Positions 27,247 through 36,993 of a stretch of DNA of 64,000 nucleotides are shown here, one piece after another. How positions within the stretch are numbered: position 1 is the stretch's first letter; each line of letters starts with the position of its first letter. The notes beneath the pieces are model-generated. The model had not been told where the DNA came from and made no database searches. It saw nothing but the letters and a program-made list of their open reading frames with translations. A program made the translations under genes and the position numbers. Source of the stretch: a bacterium (GTDB lineage Bacteria; Patescibacteriota; JABMPQ01; JAUVWW01); NCBI GenBank assembly GCA_030603885.1, contig JAUVWW010000004.1:2236-66235 (forward strand), read 5' to 3'.

Positions 27247-27356
27247 ACTAAAAATTATAAATCTTTAGCTTTTAAGATACCCTTGACAAGTCTATAAAAA
27301 TTTGTTAATATTTGGTATCACAGTGGGAATATAAAAAATTTGGAAAGGAGGGCAGA

Positions 27357-27641
27357 ATGATAGAAGCTAAGGACTTAAAAGGTAAAAAAATCTTGGGGGT
27401 TTTTATAGAGACAGAGCCCAATGATGACGAAACGACATTTCTTATAGTTGATACCTGTGGAGAATTTGGGCACTCTGAGAGAAAAGTGGCTGTCGATAAT
27501 GAAATAATCGAAAGAATAATCGTTAGTCTCGACCCAGGAGACCTTTTGCTAATTGTATTTGATGAAGTAGAGTCTTTGAGTTGGCCGAAAGCAAAAAAAA
27601 TATTCAAGTATGGTAGTCCTGAAGAAATTTACGGTGAGTGA
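27357..27641 (+). CDS. Hypothetical protein
   Basis: Start at MIEAKDL with a GGAGGG RBS. The composition is acidic/K-rich like a real protein, unlike the Ser-rich antisense ORF. No domain recognised. Confidence 0.35.
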   Translation: MIEAKDLKGKKILGVFIETEPNDDETTFLIVDTCGEFGHSERKVAVDNEIIERIIVSLDPGDLLLIVFDEVESLSWPKAKKIFKYGSPEEIYGE

Positions 27642-27794
27642 ACTTAAAAAGCTTACCTAGGGGTCGTCGGCTAAGTTGATGGCCTCTTTTTTAAAATGAG
27701 TTTGGAATTGCGCTTACAAGTATTATATACATTTGTTGTATTCAACCTTTATTTATACTATAATTTTAGCATAGACTTGAATTATAACAAAGTT

Positions 27795-28130
27795 ATGAAC
27801 CAAAGCAGTTTTTCTCAAATTTTAAGGTTATTAAAAAGAACTGGAGGAAAATATGTTATCGTTGAAAATGGTAAACCTGTTTTTGTGATTCAGACTTGGG
27901 AAGATTATCAAAGGCAATCTTATAAAGTCAAAGAAACATCCGAACTTTCTGAAGAAGAGATAATTGATAAGATTAATCGAGAAATTGCTTTGTGGAAAGA
28001 GGGCCAAGACAAAAAGAGAATTTTAGATGAGTTTGGAAATGCTCCAGATATCCCTCCCGAGGAAGATTTTGGCTATCTTGAGGATAAAAATCTATCCACA
28101 GATGTGGACATTGAGGAAATACCGTTTTAA
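27795..28130 (+). CDS. Hypothetical protein with a Phd/YefM-antitoxin-like N-terminal segment and an acidic C-terminus
   Basis: LLKRTGGKYVIVENGKPVFVIQTWEDYQRQ resembles the Phd/YefM fold. The start is uncertain (the ORF track gives 27696). Confidence 0.3.
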   Translation: MNQSSFSQILRLLKRTGGKYVIVENGKPVFVIQTWEDYQRQSYKVKETSELSEEEIIDKINREIALWKEGQDKKRILDEFGNAPDIPPEEDFGYLEDKNLSTDVDIEEIPF

Positions 28131-28184
28131 CTTGTACTTCCTTTTATTTAGGCAATTTTAAGAGTTGAATCTCTAAAATTAGAC

Positions 28185-28240
28185 CATTTTTGGCTTAAAT
28201 AAGCCAAATTTAGCATTTTTAGTTAGAAATTTCCTAAAAC
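28185..28240. repeat. Second locus of the GGCTTAAATAAGCC palindromic repeat family
   Basis: TTTTTGGCTTAAATAAGCCAAATTTAGCATTTTTAGTTAGAAATT, compare 9609-9737. Confidence 0.55.
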
Positions 28241-28409
28241 CCTTGCCAGGGATCAAAAATACTGCTATAATTCAAGATACAAAGTTGACACGTAATTTAG
28301 ATAAGATTATAATAAATTTACTAATTAGTTACTAATTTTACACTAATTTTACGAATCTATTTGCGAGAATTCGTGGTAAATTCGTGAAGATTAGTGAGAA
28401 GCAAAAATC

Positions 28410-29615
28410 ATGGCAGAAAAAGAGAAATTTGAGAGAGCAAAACCACACATTAATGTGGGAACCATTGGTCATGTTGACCATGGAAAAACCATGCTAACTG
28501 CTGCTATTCTAAAGTGCATGAAGTCTCTTGGGCACAAATCCCAAGTGAAGACAGTAGACCAAATTGATAATGCTCCTGAGGAAAAAGAGCGAGGTATTAC
28601 TATTGCCACAGCTCATGTAGAATATGAAGGAGACAAATATCATTATGCTCACATTGACTGTCCTGGTCATGCTGACTATATCAAGAACATGGTTACTGGA
28701 GCAGCTCAAATGGATGGAGCTATTTTGGTAGTGGCCGCTACAGATGGTCCTATGCCACAGACAAGAGAGCACATTCTTCTAGCTCGTCAGGTAGGAGTGC
28801 CTAACATAGTAGTCTTCTTGAACAAAATAGACCAAGTAGAAGATAAAGAGCTGATTGATTTAGTGGAGACAGAGATAAAAGAACTTTTAACAAAATATGA
28901 ATATCCAGGAGACAAGATCCCTGTTATTAGAGGATCAGCTCTAAATGCTTATGAATGTGGTTGTTCTAAGGAAAGTTGTTCAAATTGTCGGCCTATTATA
29001 GAGCTAGTAAAGGCTATGGATGCTTTTCCTGAACCAAAAAGAGATGTAGACAAGCCTTTTATGATGCCTATCGAAGATATCTTCTCTATTGAAGGAAGAG
29101 GAACCGTAGTTACTGGTAGAATTGAAAGAGGTATTGTCAAACTAAATGATGAAGTAGAGCTGGTAGGGCTTAAGCCTACTAAGAAAACTGTAGTTACTGG
29201 AATTGAGATGTTTAATAAAGCATTGGAAGAAGGGCGAGCTGGAGATAATGCAGGAATTTTACTTAGAGGTACTAAAAAAGAAGATGTTGAGAGAGGACAA
29301 GTTCTAGCCAAACCAAGGTCTATTACTCCTCATACTGAATTTACAGCTTCAGTCTATGTACTGACTAAAGAAGAAGGAGGTCGACATACCCCATTCTTTA
29401 AAGGTTACAAGCCTCAATTTTTCGTTAGAACTACAGATGTTACTGGTGAAGTTACCTCCCTTCCTAAAGATGTAGAGATGGTTATGCCTGGTGACACAGT
29501 CAAATTAGACATAAAATTAATTGGTCCAGTAGCTATGGAGAAAGAGATGAGATTTGCTATCAGAGAAGGTGGAAAGACAGTAGGAGCAGGGGTTGTGACT
29601 GAGATTAAAAAATAA
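28410..29615 (+). CDS. tuf: Elongation factor Tu
   Basis: [16 protein letters not shown] and NKID motifs. Carries a small Cys-containing insertion ([15 protein letters not shown]). Confidence 0.95.
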   Translation: MAEKEKFERAKPHINVGTIGHVDHGKTMLTAAILKCMKSLGHKSQVKTVDQIDNAPEEKERGITIATAHVEYEGDKYHYAHIDCPGHADYIKNMVTGAAQMDGAILVVAATDGPMPQTREHILLARQVGVPNIVVFLNKIDQVEDKELIDLVETEIKELLTKYEYPGDKIPVIRGSALNAYECGCSKESCSNCRPIIELVKAMDAFPEPKRDVDKPFMMPIEDIFSIEGRGTVVTGRIERGIVKLNDEVELVGLKPTKKTVVTGIEMFNKALEEGRAGDNAGILLRGTKKEDVERGQVLAKPRSITPHTEFTASVYVLTKEEGGRHTPFFKGYKPQFFVRTTDVTGEVTSLPKDVEMVMPGDTVKLDIKLIGPVAMEKEMRFAIREGGKTVGAGVVTEIKK

Positions 29616-29687
29616 AGAGTGGAAAGGACTATTTAGTTGATTCATAATTATTAATTCTGAATTCTAAATTCAGAATGTACTTTTTCA

Positions 29688-30095
29688 ATGCCAAAGAAAC
29701 AGGTTAAAACTGTCCAAAAGGGCAAGCCCCAAACCAAGGCGGTTCGGGACAAGTCTAAAGATGTAAAAAAAGAAGAGGCTAAGAAGGAACAAATACAGCG
29801 AATTAGAATTAAAATTAAAGCCTACGACCATAAAGTTATTGATCAATCAGCAGCTCAGATAGTAGAGACAGCTAAGCGCACAGGAGCTCAAGTTTCAGGA
29901 CCTGTTCCTTTACCTACAGAAATACACAGAGAAACAGTGATTCGTTCTCCTTTTGTTCATAAAGATTCACGAGAGCAATACGAGATGAGAATTCATAAGA
30001 GGTTAATTGATATTCTGAAGCCTGCTTCAAAGACTATAGACTCTCTTATGAATCTGGACCTGCCCGCCGGAGTAGATGTGGAAATAAAAATGTAA
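29688..30095 (+). CDS. rpsJ: 30S ribosomal protein S10 with a K-rich N-terminal extension
   Basis: [39 protein letters not shown] core, and a ~35-aa lysine-rich N-terminus. Confidence 0.85.
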   Translation: MPKKQVKTVQKGKPQTKAVRDKSKDVKKEEAKKEQIQRIRIKIKAYDHKVIDQSAAQIVETAKRTGAQVSGPVPLPTEIHRETVIRSPFVHKDSREQYEMRIHKRLIDILKPASKTIDSLMNLDLPAGVDVEIKM

Positions 30096-30220
30096 TTTTC
30101 ACCTAAATTCTTGTTTTAAAATTTAATGTTTTTAATTAATAACCCAATCTAATAATATCTAAAATTAGATAGCCAGACAGGATTTTAGTGGCTCATGAAT
30201 GTCTGCTGCTAAAATCTTTT

Positions 30221-30266
30221 TATTTCGAGCGAAGCGAGAATCAAGGTTCTCGCGAGAGAGGTTCTT
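30221..30266 (-). repeat. Copy C of the ~50-nt intergenic repeat family (reverse orientation)
   Basis: Reverse complement is AAGAACCTCTCTCGCGAGAACCTTGATTCTCGCTTCGCTCGAAATA. It ends 6 nt before the rplC ATG. Confidence 0.7.
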
Positions 30267-30272
30267 ATTTAT

Positions 30273-30884
30273 ATGAAATTCATCCTTGGCAAGAAAATTG
30301 GAATGACCCAGACTTTTAAAAAAGGTAAAGTAATACCTGTAACAATATTAGAGGCTGGATTATGTGTGGTTACTCAGCTTAAAACAAAAGAGAAGGATGG
30401 ATATGATGCAGTTCAAGTAGGATTCGGCAAGACAGAACCTAGAAAACTAACCAAGCCCGAAAGAGAGCGTCTCAAAGCTTTAGGATATTTTAGATATCTT
30501 TGTGAATTTAGGATAGACAAGCCAGAAGAGTATAAAAAAGGACAGACTATTGATGTTTCTGTATTTAAAGAAGGAGATAAAGTAAAAGTATCTGGGATAT
30601 CAAAAGGTAAAGGATTTGCCGGGGTGGTGAAGAAATTTGGATTTAAAGGTTCTCCAGCTACCCATGGTACAAAACATACCTTAAGAGCTGGAGGATCAAT
30701 TGGAGCTGGTTTTCCAGAGCACGTATTTAAAGGAATGAAAATGCCAGGGAGAATGGGAGGAAAAAGGAGAACTGTTAGGGGTTTAGAAGTGATTAGTGTA
30801 GATAAGGAAAAGAATATACTGGCGGTTAAAGGAGCTGTACCTGGACCTCGAAGAGGCTTGGTTGAAGTGAGGAGTGAGAAATAA
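30273..30884 (+). CDS. rplC: 50S ribosomal protein L3
   Basis: L3 family similarity (KGKGFAGVVKKFGFKG...). Confidence 0.9.
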   Translation: MKFILGKKIGMTQTFKKGKVIPVTILEAGLCVVTQLKTKEKDGYDAVQVGFGKTEPRKLTKPERERLKALGYFRYLCEFRIDKPEEYKKGQTIDVSVFKEGDKVKVSGISKGKGFAGVVKKFGFKGSPATHGTKHTLRAGGSIGAGFPEHVFKGMKMPGRMGGKRRTVRGLEVISVDKEKNILAVKGAVPGPRRGLVEVRSEK

Positions 30885-30931
30885 TCATTGCGGCTCACCT
30901 TCGCTAAACAGAGCTTGAAATTATTAAAGAT

Positions 30932-31564
30932 ATGGCAAAAGTAAAAGTTTACAATATGCAAGGGAAGAAAGCCGGGGAGAAAACACTCAATCCGGATATT
31001 TTTGAAGTGAAGATTAAACCGTATGTAGTTCATCGAGCTATGGTAGCCCAACTTTCCAAAGCTAGACGGCCCATCGCCAAAGTTTTGGGGAGAGGCGAAG
31101 TAAGAGGTGGAGGAATTAAACCTTGGAGACAGAAAGGCACAGGTCGAGCTCGAGCTGGTAGTATCAGATCTCCTCTTTGGCGTGGTGGAGGAATTACTTT
31201 TGGTCCAACGCCCAAGCGAGTATTTACTAAGAAAATAACTAAGAAAGAAAAAAGAAAGGCACTTTTTATGAGTCTGACAGATAAAGTAGAGAAGAAATGT
31301 TTGGTTTTGCTAGATAAACTAAAGTTGGCCGAGATTAAGACTAAGAAAATAGTAGAAATTTTGAATAAATTACCTACAAAAGAAAAGAGTACTTTGATTG
31401 TTTTGCCAAAGCCGGATAAAGTTATCCAAAAATCAGCAGCTAACCTACCCCATGTTAAAGCTTTGTTAGCTGATTCGTTGAATGTGGTAGATGTCCTAAA
31501 ACATGATTATCTCTTGGTGCCTACTGATTCATTAGGAATAATTGAGAAGACTTATCTGAAATAA
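30932..31564 (+). CDS. rplD: 50S ribosomal protein L4
   Basis: L4 family similarity (RGGGIKPWRQKGTGRAR). Confidence 0.9.
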   Translation: MAKVKVYNMQGKKAGEKTLNPDIFEVKIKPYVVHRAMVAQLSKARRPIAKVLGRGEVRGGGIKPWRQKGTGRARAGSIRSPLWRGGGITFGPTPKRVFTKKITKKEKRKALFMSLTDKVEKKCLVLLDKLKLAEIKTKKIVEILNKLPTKEKSTLIVLPKPDKVIQKSAANLPHVKALLADSLNVVDVLKHDYLLVPTDSLGIIEKTYLK

Positions 31565-31579
31565 TTTTCAATTTTTATT

Positions 31580-31984
31580 ATGCCTATATTAGATGTATTT
31601 AAAAAAAGGAAAAAGCCTGCCAAACCTAAGAAGAAGGTACTTAAAGCTAGACCTAAGATTGCAAAGAAAGAGGCAAAGTTAAAGAAAAAAGGAAAGGTAG
31701 GTAAGGGTTGGAAGGTGTTAGTTAAGCCTTTAATTACAGAGAAGGCTACTGATTTATCTGCTCAAGGAAAATATGTTTTTAAAGTAGCTCAAGAAGCCAC
31801 AAAACAAGAAATAAGAGAAGCCATTGAAGAGGTATATGGGATCAGACCTCAAGCAGTACATATTATTAAAGTTCTTGGTAAGCAAAGAAGATACGGCAGA
31901 ACTAGAGGGAGAACTCCTGATTGGAAGAAAGCAATTGTGACCCTTGCGCCTGGGGAGAAGATAGAAATTGTAGAGGGCGTGTAA
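31580..31984 (+). CDS. rplW: 50S ribosomal protein L23 with a K-rich N-terminal extension
   Basis: L23 core VLVKPLITEKATDL...; about 45 aa of lysine-rich N-terminal extension. Confidence 0.85.
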   Translation: MPILDVFKKRKKPAKPKKKVLKARPKIAKKEAKLKKKGKVGKGWKVLVKPLITEKATDLSAQGKYVFKVAQEATKQEIREAIEEVYGIRPQAVHIIKVLGKQRRYGRTRGRTPDWKKAIVTLAPGEKIEIVEGV

Positions 31985-32024
31985 AACAATTAACAGGTAA
32001 CAAACGAATTGCTAATTAAATTTT

Positions 32025-32873
32025 ATGGCCAAAGTTAAGACCTACAAACCAACTACTCCATCAAGAAGGCACATGACTGTACTCAGTTTTGATATTCTGA
32101 CCAAAAAGGAACCAGAGAAGGCATTGATTGTAGCTCTTAAGAAAAAGGCCGGACGAGCCAAGGGAAGGATTACAGTAAGACACCGAGGAGGAGGAGCAAA
32201 AAGACTTTATCGGATTATTGACTTTAAAAGATTGAAGTTTGATATGAAAGCCAAAGTAGAAGCCATCGAATACGATCCTTCAAGAACTGCTTTTATTGCT
32301 CTGATTAAGTATGAAGATGGTGAAAAAAGCTATGTTTTAGCTCCAACAGATGTAAAAGTTGGAGACCAAGTTATATCTTCTCAGAAGAAAATAGAGGCCA
32401 AGCCAGGTAACCGAATGCCTTTGAAATACATTCTAATAGGTATACTAGTTTATAATATAGAACTTGAGCCAAGAGGGGGAGGACGGATAGTTAGATCAGC
32501 TGGTGCTAATGCTTTAATTTTGGCTTACGAAGATAAATATGTACATGTTAAGTTACCCTCGGGAGAGATTAGAAAGGTGCTTGGCGTATGTCTTGCCACT
32601 GTGGGACAGGTAAGCAATCCCGAAAATGTTAATGTTGTCTTAGGAAAAGCAGGACGTATCAGATGGAGAGGAAGAAGGCCCAAGGTTAGAGGAAAAGCTA
32701 TGGTTCCAAAAGCTCATCCTCACGGTGGAGGAGAGGGTATGTCACCAGTAGGACTAGTACATCCGAAGACTCCTTGGGGAAAACCAGCGTTAGGAGTCAA
32801 GACAAGAAAGAAGAAAAAACCATCCGAAAGATTAATAGTTAAACATAGACCCAAGAAGAAAAAGAAAAAATAA
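32025..32873 (+). CDS. rplB: 50S ribosomal protein L2
   Basis: L2 signatures (GRNxxGRITxRHRGGG...) and a [10 protein letters not shown] tail. Confidence 0.95.
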   Translation: MAKVKTYKPTTPSRRHMTVLSFDILTKKEPEKALIVALKKKAGRAKGRITVRHRGGGAKRLYRIIDFKRLKFDMKAKVEAIEYDPSRTAFIALIKYEDGEKSYVLAPTDVKVGDQVISSQKKIEAKPGNRMPLKYILIGILVYNIELEPRGGGRIVRSAGANALILAYEDKYVHVKLPSGEIRKVLGVCLATVGQVSNPENVNVVLGKAGRIRWRGRRPKVRGKAMVPKAHPHGGGEGMSPVGLVHPKTPWGKPALGVKTRKKKKPSERLIVKHRPKKKKKK

Positions 32874-32874
32874 T

Positions 32875-33300
32875 ATGCCGAGATCATTAAAGAAGGGGCC
32901 TTGGTGTGATCTAAAGCTCCTGGAAAAAATTAAAAAGTTAAAACCGGGTACAAAAGAAGTTATAAAAACCTGGTCTCGTGCCTCGACCATTTTTCCAGAG
33001 ATGGTTGGTTTTACCATTGGTGTTCATGACGGAAGAAAACATATTACAGTATTTATTACTGAAGATATGGTAGGACACAAATTGGGTGAGTTTGCTCCTA
33101 CCAGGAGATTTGTAGTTCATGGAGGAAGAAAGGCTCGAGAGGAAGAAGCAGCTGCCCTAGAGGCAGAAAAAGCTAAAAAAGCCGCTGCAGCTGAGAAAGC
33201 TGAAGAAGCCAAGCCAGGTGCCCCAAAAGAAGCCCCCATAGAAGCTCCAAAAGAAGCCCCAAAGCCTACTAAGACAGTTAAACCAGAGGCAAAGAAGTAA
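32875..33300 (+). CDS. rpsS: 30S ribosomal protein S19 with an A/K/E-rich C-terminal extension
   Basis: S19 core ([10 protein letters not shown]...[13 protein letters not shown]) plus an [30 protein letters not shown] tail. Confidence 0.9.
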   Translation: MPRSLKKGPWCDLKLLEKIKKLKPGTKEVIKTWSRASTIFPEMVGFTIGVHDGRKHITVFITEDMVGHKLGEFAPTRRFVVHGGRKAREEEAAALEAEKAKKAAAAEKAEEAKPGAPKEAPIEAPKEAPKPTKTVKPEAKK

Positions 33301-33330
33301 TATTCGCATATAATTCGAATCATAATTTGT

Positions 33331-33876
33331 ATGGAAGTTACCGCTAAAGCAAAATATATCCATATTGCACCTAGAAAAGTGCGTTTAGTTGTAGATGCTA
33401 TTTCTGGAATGGATGTAGTTGAGGCAGAAAATCAACTTGAGCACATTACCAAAAGAGCCAAAACCCCTGTATTAAAGCTTTTAAAGTCGGCAGTGGCCAA
33501 TGCTGAACATAATTTTGATATGGTAAAAGATAATTTATATATAGCGAAGATTCAAGTTACAGAAGGACCAACTCTTATGCGCTTTAGAGCCAGAGCCTTT
33601 GGAAGAAGCGCTCCTATTAGAAAAAGAACTAGCCATATAACCATAGTCTTAAATGAGAAAGTCAAAGGTCTAAAGAGAAAAAAGAAACCTAAAGAAGAAA
33701 AGAAAAAAGTAGAGATTCCTAAGAAAGAAAAGATAGAAGTTAAGAAGGAAGCAAAAGAAAAGGTCAAACCAACTACTGGTTATTGGCAAAGAAAGAGAGA
33801 AGAAAAGAAGAAAGGGTTTTTTGGAAGATTAACTGGCGCGGGCAGGAGAGTCTTTAGAAGGAAAACCGGCGCCTAA
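33331..33876 (+). CDS. rplV: 50S ribosomal protein L22 with a K/E-rich C-terminal extension
   Basis: L22 core (AKYIHIAPRKVRLVVD...) plus a ~70-aa basic tail. Confidence 0.85.
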   Translation: MEVTAKAKYIHIAPRKVRLVVDAISGMDVVEAENQLEHITKRAKTPVLKLLKSAVANAEHNFDMVKDNLYIAKIQVTEGPTLMRFRARAFGRSAPIRKRTSHITIVLNEKVKGLKRKKKPKEEKKKVEIPKKEKIEVKKEAKEKVKPTTGYWQRKREEKKKGFFGRLTGAGRRVFRRKTGA

Positions 33877-33887
33877 CTTAATAAATC

Positions 33888-34565
33888 ATGGCAAGAAAAG
33901 TTACTCCAATTAGTTTCAGAATAGGCATAACAAAACCTTGGAAATCCAAGTGGTTTTTAATGCCGACCAAAGGTTACAGAGAGTTTCTTATTCAAGACAT
34001 AAAGATAAGAGATTTTATATTTAAGAAATTAAGACACGCAGCTATTGAAAAGGTAGAGATAGGACGATCGCCAGAGGCGATTACGATAGATATCTATACC
34101 TCAAGGCCAGGAATTATTATTGGAAGAGGCGGAGGTGGGGTGGAAGAGCTAAAGCGCGAGATAGAGAAAATGCTTCCTCCAAAAATCAAAGTTAACATAA
34201 ACATTCAAGAGGTAAAAACCCCAGAAGCATCAGCAAAATTAGTAGCCTTTTTTATGGCCGAGCAATTAGAAAAGAGAATTTCTTACAGAAGAGTGATGAA
34301 GCAAGCTATAGATAGAACTATGCAAGCTGCTGAAGTAAAAGGAATTAAAGTGATGCTTTCTGGGAGACTGGATGGAGCTGAGATAGCAAGGAAAGAGTGG
34401 CTATCAAAAGATAAACTCCCCCTGCATACTTTAAGGGCCGAGATCGATTTTGCTCGGGAAGAAGCTCATACCACCTATGGAGTAGTTGGAATAAAAGTTT
34501 GGATATATAAAGGCGAAGTCTTTGAAAAACCCAAAAAAGAACTTGAAAAGCCCGAGACAAAGTAA
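33888..34565 (+). CDS. rpsC: 30S ribosomal protein S3
   Basis: S3 KH domain and C-terminal domain similarity. Confidence 0.9.
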   Translation: MARKVTPISFRIGITKPWKSKWFLMPTKGYREFLIQDIKIRDFIFKKLRHAAIEKVEIGRSPEAITIDIYTSRPGIIIGRGGGGVEELKREIEKMLPPKIKVNINIQEVKTPEASAKLVAFFMAEQLEKRISYRRVMKQAIDRTMQAAEVKGIKVMLSGRLDGAEIARKEWLSKDKLPLHTLRAEIDFAREEAHTTYGVVGIKVWIYKGEVFEKPKKELEKPETK

Positions 34566-34588
34566 TTTGTTAATTCGTAATTCTAAAT

Positions 34589-35002
34589 ATGGTACTAGTA
34601 CCGCGAAAAGTAAAACATCGAAAATGGCAAAAAGGAAGAAGAAGAGCTAAAGGACGAGCTCTAAGAGGAGATAGGCTAAGTTTTGGTAGTTTTGGACTAA
34701 AAGCCCTCGAGACAAAATGGATTACAGCCAGACAAATAGAAGCAGCAAGAAGAGCTATGACTCGTTTCATTCAAAAACAGGGCAAAATTTGGATTCGTAT
34801 ATTTCCAGATAAACCAGTGACCAAGAAAGGAGCTGAAGTTCCCATGGGAAAAGGAAAGGGAGCAGTAGATCATTTTGTAGCAGCGGTTAAGCCAGGAAGG
34901 ATTTTATTTGAGATGGATGGGATACCAGAAGAGGTAGCCCAGGAAGCTATAAGATTAGCAGCTCATAAGCTACCCATTAAGACTAAGTTTGTTAAAAAAT
35001 GA
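34589..35002 (+). CDS. rplP: 50S ribosomal protein L16
   Basis: L16 family similarity. Overlaps the rpmC start (ATGA). Confidence 0.9.
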   Translation: MVLVPRKVKHRKWQKGRRRAKGRALRGDRLSFGSFGLKALETKWITARQIEAARRAMTRFIQKQGKIWIRIFPDKPVTKKGAEVPMGKGKGAVDHFVAAVKPGRILFEMDGIPEEVAQEAIRLAAHKLPIKTKFVKK

Positions 35003-35208
35003 AGATCAAAGAAGTTAGACAAAAATCAGATAAAGAGCTACAAAAATTATTAGCAACCTTAAGGGATAAGTTGCGTGATTTGAGATTTAAAACAGCCTCA
35101 AAGCAGATAAAGAATTATAAAGAGATGGAGCAGATTAAAAAGGACGTGGCTAGGATTTCAACAGTGATGAAGGAAAGAAAATTAGCTAAAGAGATTAAGA
35201 CAAAGTAA
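34999..35208 (+). CDS. rpmC: 50S ribosomal protein L29
   Basis: Small helical protein in the canonical position, with an LRxxxxELR-like N-terminus. Confidence 0.8.
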   Translation: MKIKEVRQKSDKELQKLLATLRDKLRDLRFKTASKQIKNYKEMEQIKKDVARISTVMKERKLAKEIKTK

Positions 35209-35228
35209 TTTGGCAATATATTATAAAT

Positions 35229-35486
35229 ATGGAGACACCAAAGTCTAAAAAAATTATTCGAACTTTAAAGGGAACTGTGGTTTCTGATAAAATGGAGAAG
35301 ACGGTAGTTGTTGAAGTAATGCGCCTTAGAGTTCATCCTAAATACAAGAAAAGATATAAAGTTTCCAAGAGATACAAAGCTCATGACGAGAAAAATGAGT
35401 ATAAAACAGGAGATAAAGTGATTATTCAAGAAACAAGTCCACGCTCTAAAGAAAAAAGATGGACAGTAGTTAAGAAAATAACTTAA
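35229..35486 (+). CDS. rpsQ: 30S ribosomal protein S17
   Basis: S17 core ([18 protein letters not shown]...HPKYKK). Confidence 0.85.
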   Translation: METPKSKKIIRTLKGTVVSDKMEKTVVVEVMRLRVHPKYKKRYKVSKRYKAHDEKNEYKTGDKVIIQETSPRSKEKRWTVVKKIT

Positions 35487-35499
35487 TTGTTATATTATT

Positions 35500-35865
35500 A
35501 TGATTCAGGTAGGAACAAGGCTAAAAGTAGCTGACAATACAGGAGCAAAAATTGTTGAATGTATTAAGGTCTTAGGTGGAACAAAGAGACGCTTCGCTAG
35601 AATTGGAGATATAATAACAGCTTCAGTAAAAATAGCTGAGCCTAGAGGCTTAGTTAAAAAGAAAGACATAGTTAGATGTGTGATTGTTAGACAAAGAAAG
35701 GAATTTCGTCGCAAAGATGGATCATATATTAAATTTGATGATAATGCAGCCGTAATTTTAGAAGGTGTAGAGCCAAAAGGAACTCGAATTTTTGGACCAG
35801 TAGCTAGAGAACTAAAAGAAAGAGGATTTACCAAGATTGTTTCTTTAGCTCCTGAAGCGCTTTAA
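35500..35865 (+). CDS. rplN: 50S ribosomal protein L14
   Basis: [17 protein letters not shown]... L14 signature. Confidence 0.9.
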   Translation: MIQVGTRLKVADNTGAKIVECIKVLGGTKRRFARIGDIITASVKIAEPRGLVKKKDIVRCVIVRQRKEFRRKDGSYIKFDDNAAVILEGVEPKGTRIFGPVARELKERGFTKIVSLAPEAL

Positions 35866-35895
35866 TGTCTCAGCATACCCTTCGACTTAAAAATT

Positions 35896-36204
35896 ATGAA
35901 AATTAAAAAAGGCGATACAGTACAAGTTATTTCAGGAAAAGATAGAGGAAAAAAGGGCAAAGTCATTCTGACTCTTTCTAAAAAAGATAGGCTTCAAGTT
36001 GAAGGCATAAATAAGGTCATAAGGCATACCAAGCCAAAAAAGGAAGGGGAAAAAGGACAAAGAGTAGAAATTTTTGCTCCCATCCATATCTCTTGTGTAA
36101 TGCTAGTTTGTCCTAAATGCGGAAAACCAACAAGAGTAGGATATAAAGTTTTGGGCAAAGGAAAGAAGAAAAGAGTTTGTAAGAAATGTGGAGAGACATT
36201 TTAG
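35896..36204 (+). CDS. rplX: 50S ribosomal protein L24, Cys4 zinc-ribbon variant
   Basis: KOW motif MKIKKGDTVQVISGKDRGKKG. The C-terminus CPKCGKPTRVGYKVLGKGKKKRVCKKCGE has four Cys where most L24 proteins have D/T/S/S. Confidence 0.85.
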   Translation: MKIKKGDTVQVISGKDRGKKGKVILTLSKKDRLQVEGINKVIRHTKPKKEGEKGQRVEIFAPIHISCVMLVCPKCGKPTRVGYKVLGKGKKKRVCKKCGETF

Positions 36205-36227
36205 AAATACTCCATTAGCAACTACAT

Positions 36228-36767
36228 ATGACTAGATTACAAGAATTGTATAGAAAAGAAGTTATTCCTCAAATGAAGGAAAAATTTGGATATAAAAATG
36301 ATTTAGCTGTACCCAAAGTAAAGAAGGTAGTAATAAATGTAGGAACTGGTCCGGCCTTGAAGGATGCTAAGCTACTTGATACTATGATAGAAAATCTGAA
36401 GAAAATTGCAGGACAGATACCCATAAAAAGACAAGCTAAAAAGGCTATTTCAGGTTTTGGTATTAGAGAAGGAATGGTAGTAGGACTCAAGACTACATTA
36501 AGGGCTAAGAGAATGTATAATTTCTTAGATAAATTAGCTAATGTAGTTTTGCCAAGGGTGAGAGATTTTAAAGGAATTGATCCAAAAGGATTTGATGGGC
36601 ATGGGAATCTAAGCATAGGAGTAAAAGAACAGACTGTTTTTCCAGAGATTAAAGCTGAGGATGTAGAAAAAATTCATGGACTAGAGATAGCTATTATTAC
36701 TTCCGCTAAAACTGATAAGGAGGGAAAAGAATTACTTAAATTGCTAGGTTTTCCGTTTAAAAAATAA
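36228..36767 (+). CDS. rplE: 50S ribosomal protein L5
   Basis: L5 family similarity. Confidence 0.9.
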   Translation: MTRLQELYRKEVIPQMKEKFGYKNDLAVPKVKKVVINVGTGPALKDAKLLDTMIENLKKIAGQIPIKRQAKKAISGFGIREGMVVGLKTTLRAKRMYNFLDKLANVVLPRVRDFKGIDPKGFDGHGNLSIGVKEQTVFPEIKAEDVEKIHGLEIAIITSAKTDKEGKELLKLLGFPFKK

Positions 36768-36774
36768 CACCATT

Positions 36775-36960
36775 ATGGCAAAGAAAGCTTGGATAGAAAA
36801 AGCTAAAAAGAAACCTAAATATAAAACGCGCATTATTAGGCGTTGTGCTATTTGTGGTCGAAGAAGAGGATATATGCGCAAGTTTGGAATTTGTAGAATT
36901 TGTTTTAGAGAGCTGGCATCTAAAGGTGAGATACCGGGGATAAAAAAAGCCTCATGGTAG
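36775..36960 (+). CDS. rpsN: 30S ribosomal protein S14 type Z (zinc-binding, 61 aa)
   Basis: [23 protein letters not shown]. Confidence 0.85.
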   Translation: MAKKAWIEKAKKKPKYKTRIIRRCAICGRRRGYMRKFGICRICFRELASKGEIPGIKKASW

Positions 36961-36993
36961 TTATAATTTTTATTTTTTATTTTTAATTTTTCT

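Noticed and set aside
27305-27607. 100-aa minus-strand ORF competing with the + strand 27357-27641 ORF
   Set aside because: Ser-rich antisense-type composition. The + strand ORF has a GGAGG RBS and protein-like composition. Neither has homology, so the locus stays low-confidence.
33117-33363. Two minus-strand ORFs (68 aa each) spanning the rpsS tail and rplV start
   Set aside because: Antisense to the A/K/E-rich S19 extension. Repetitive GC-rich antisense translation artefact.
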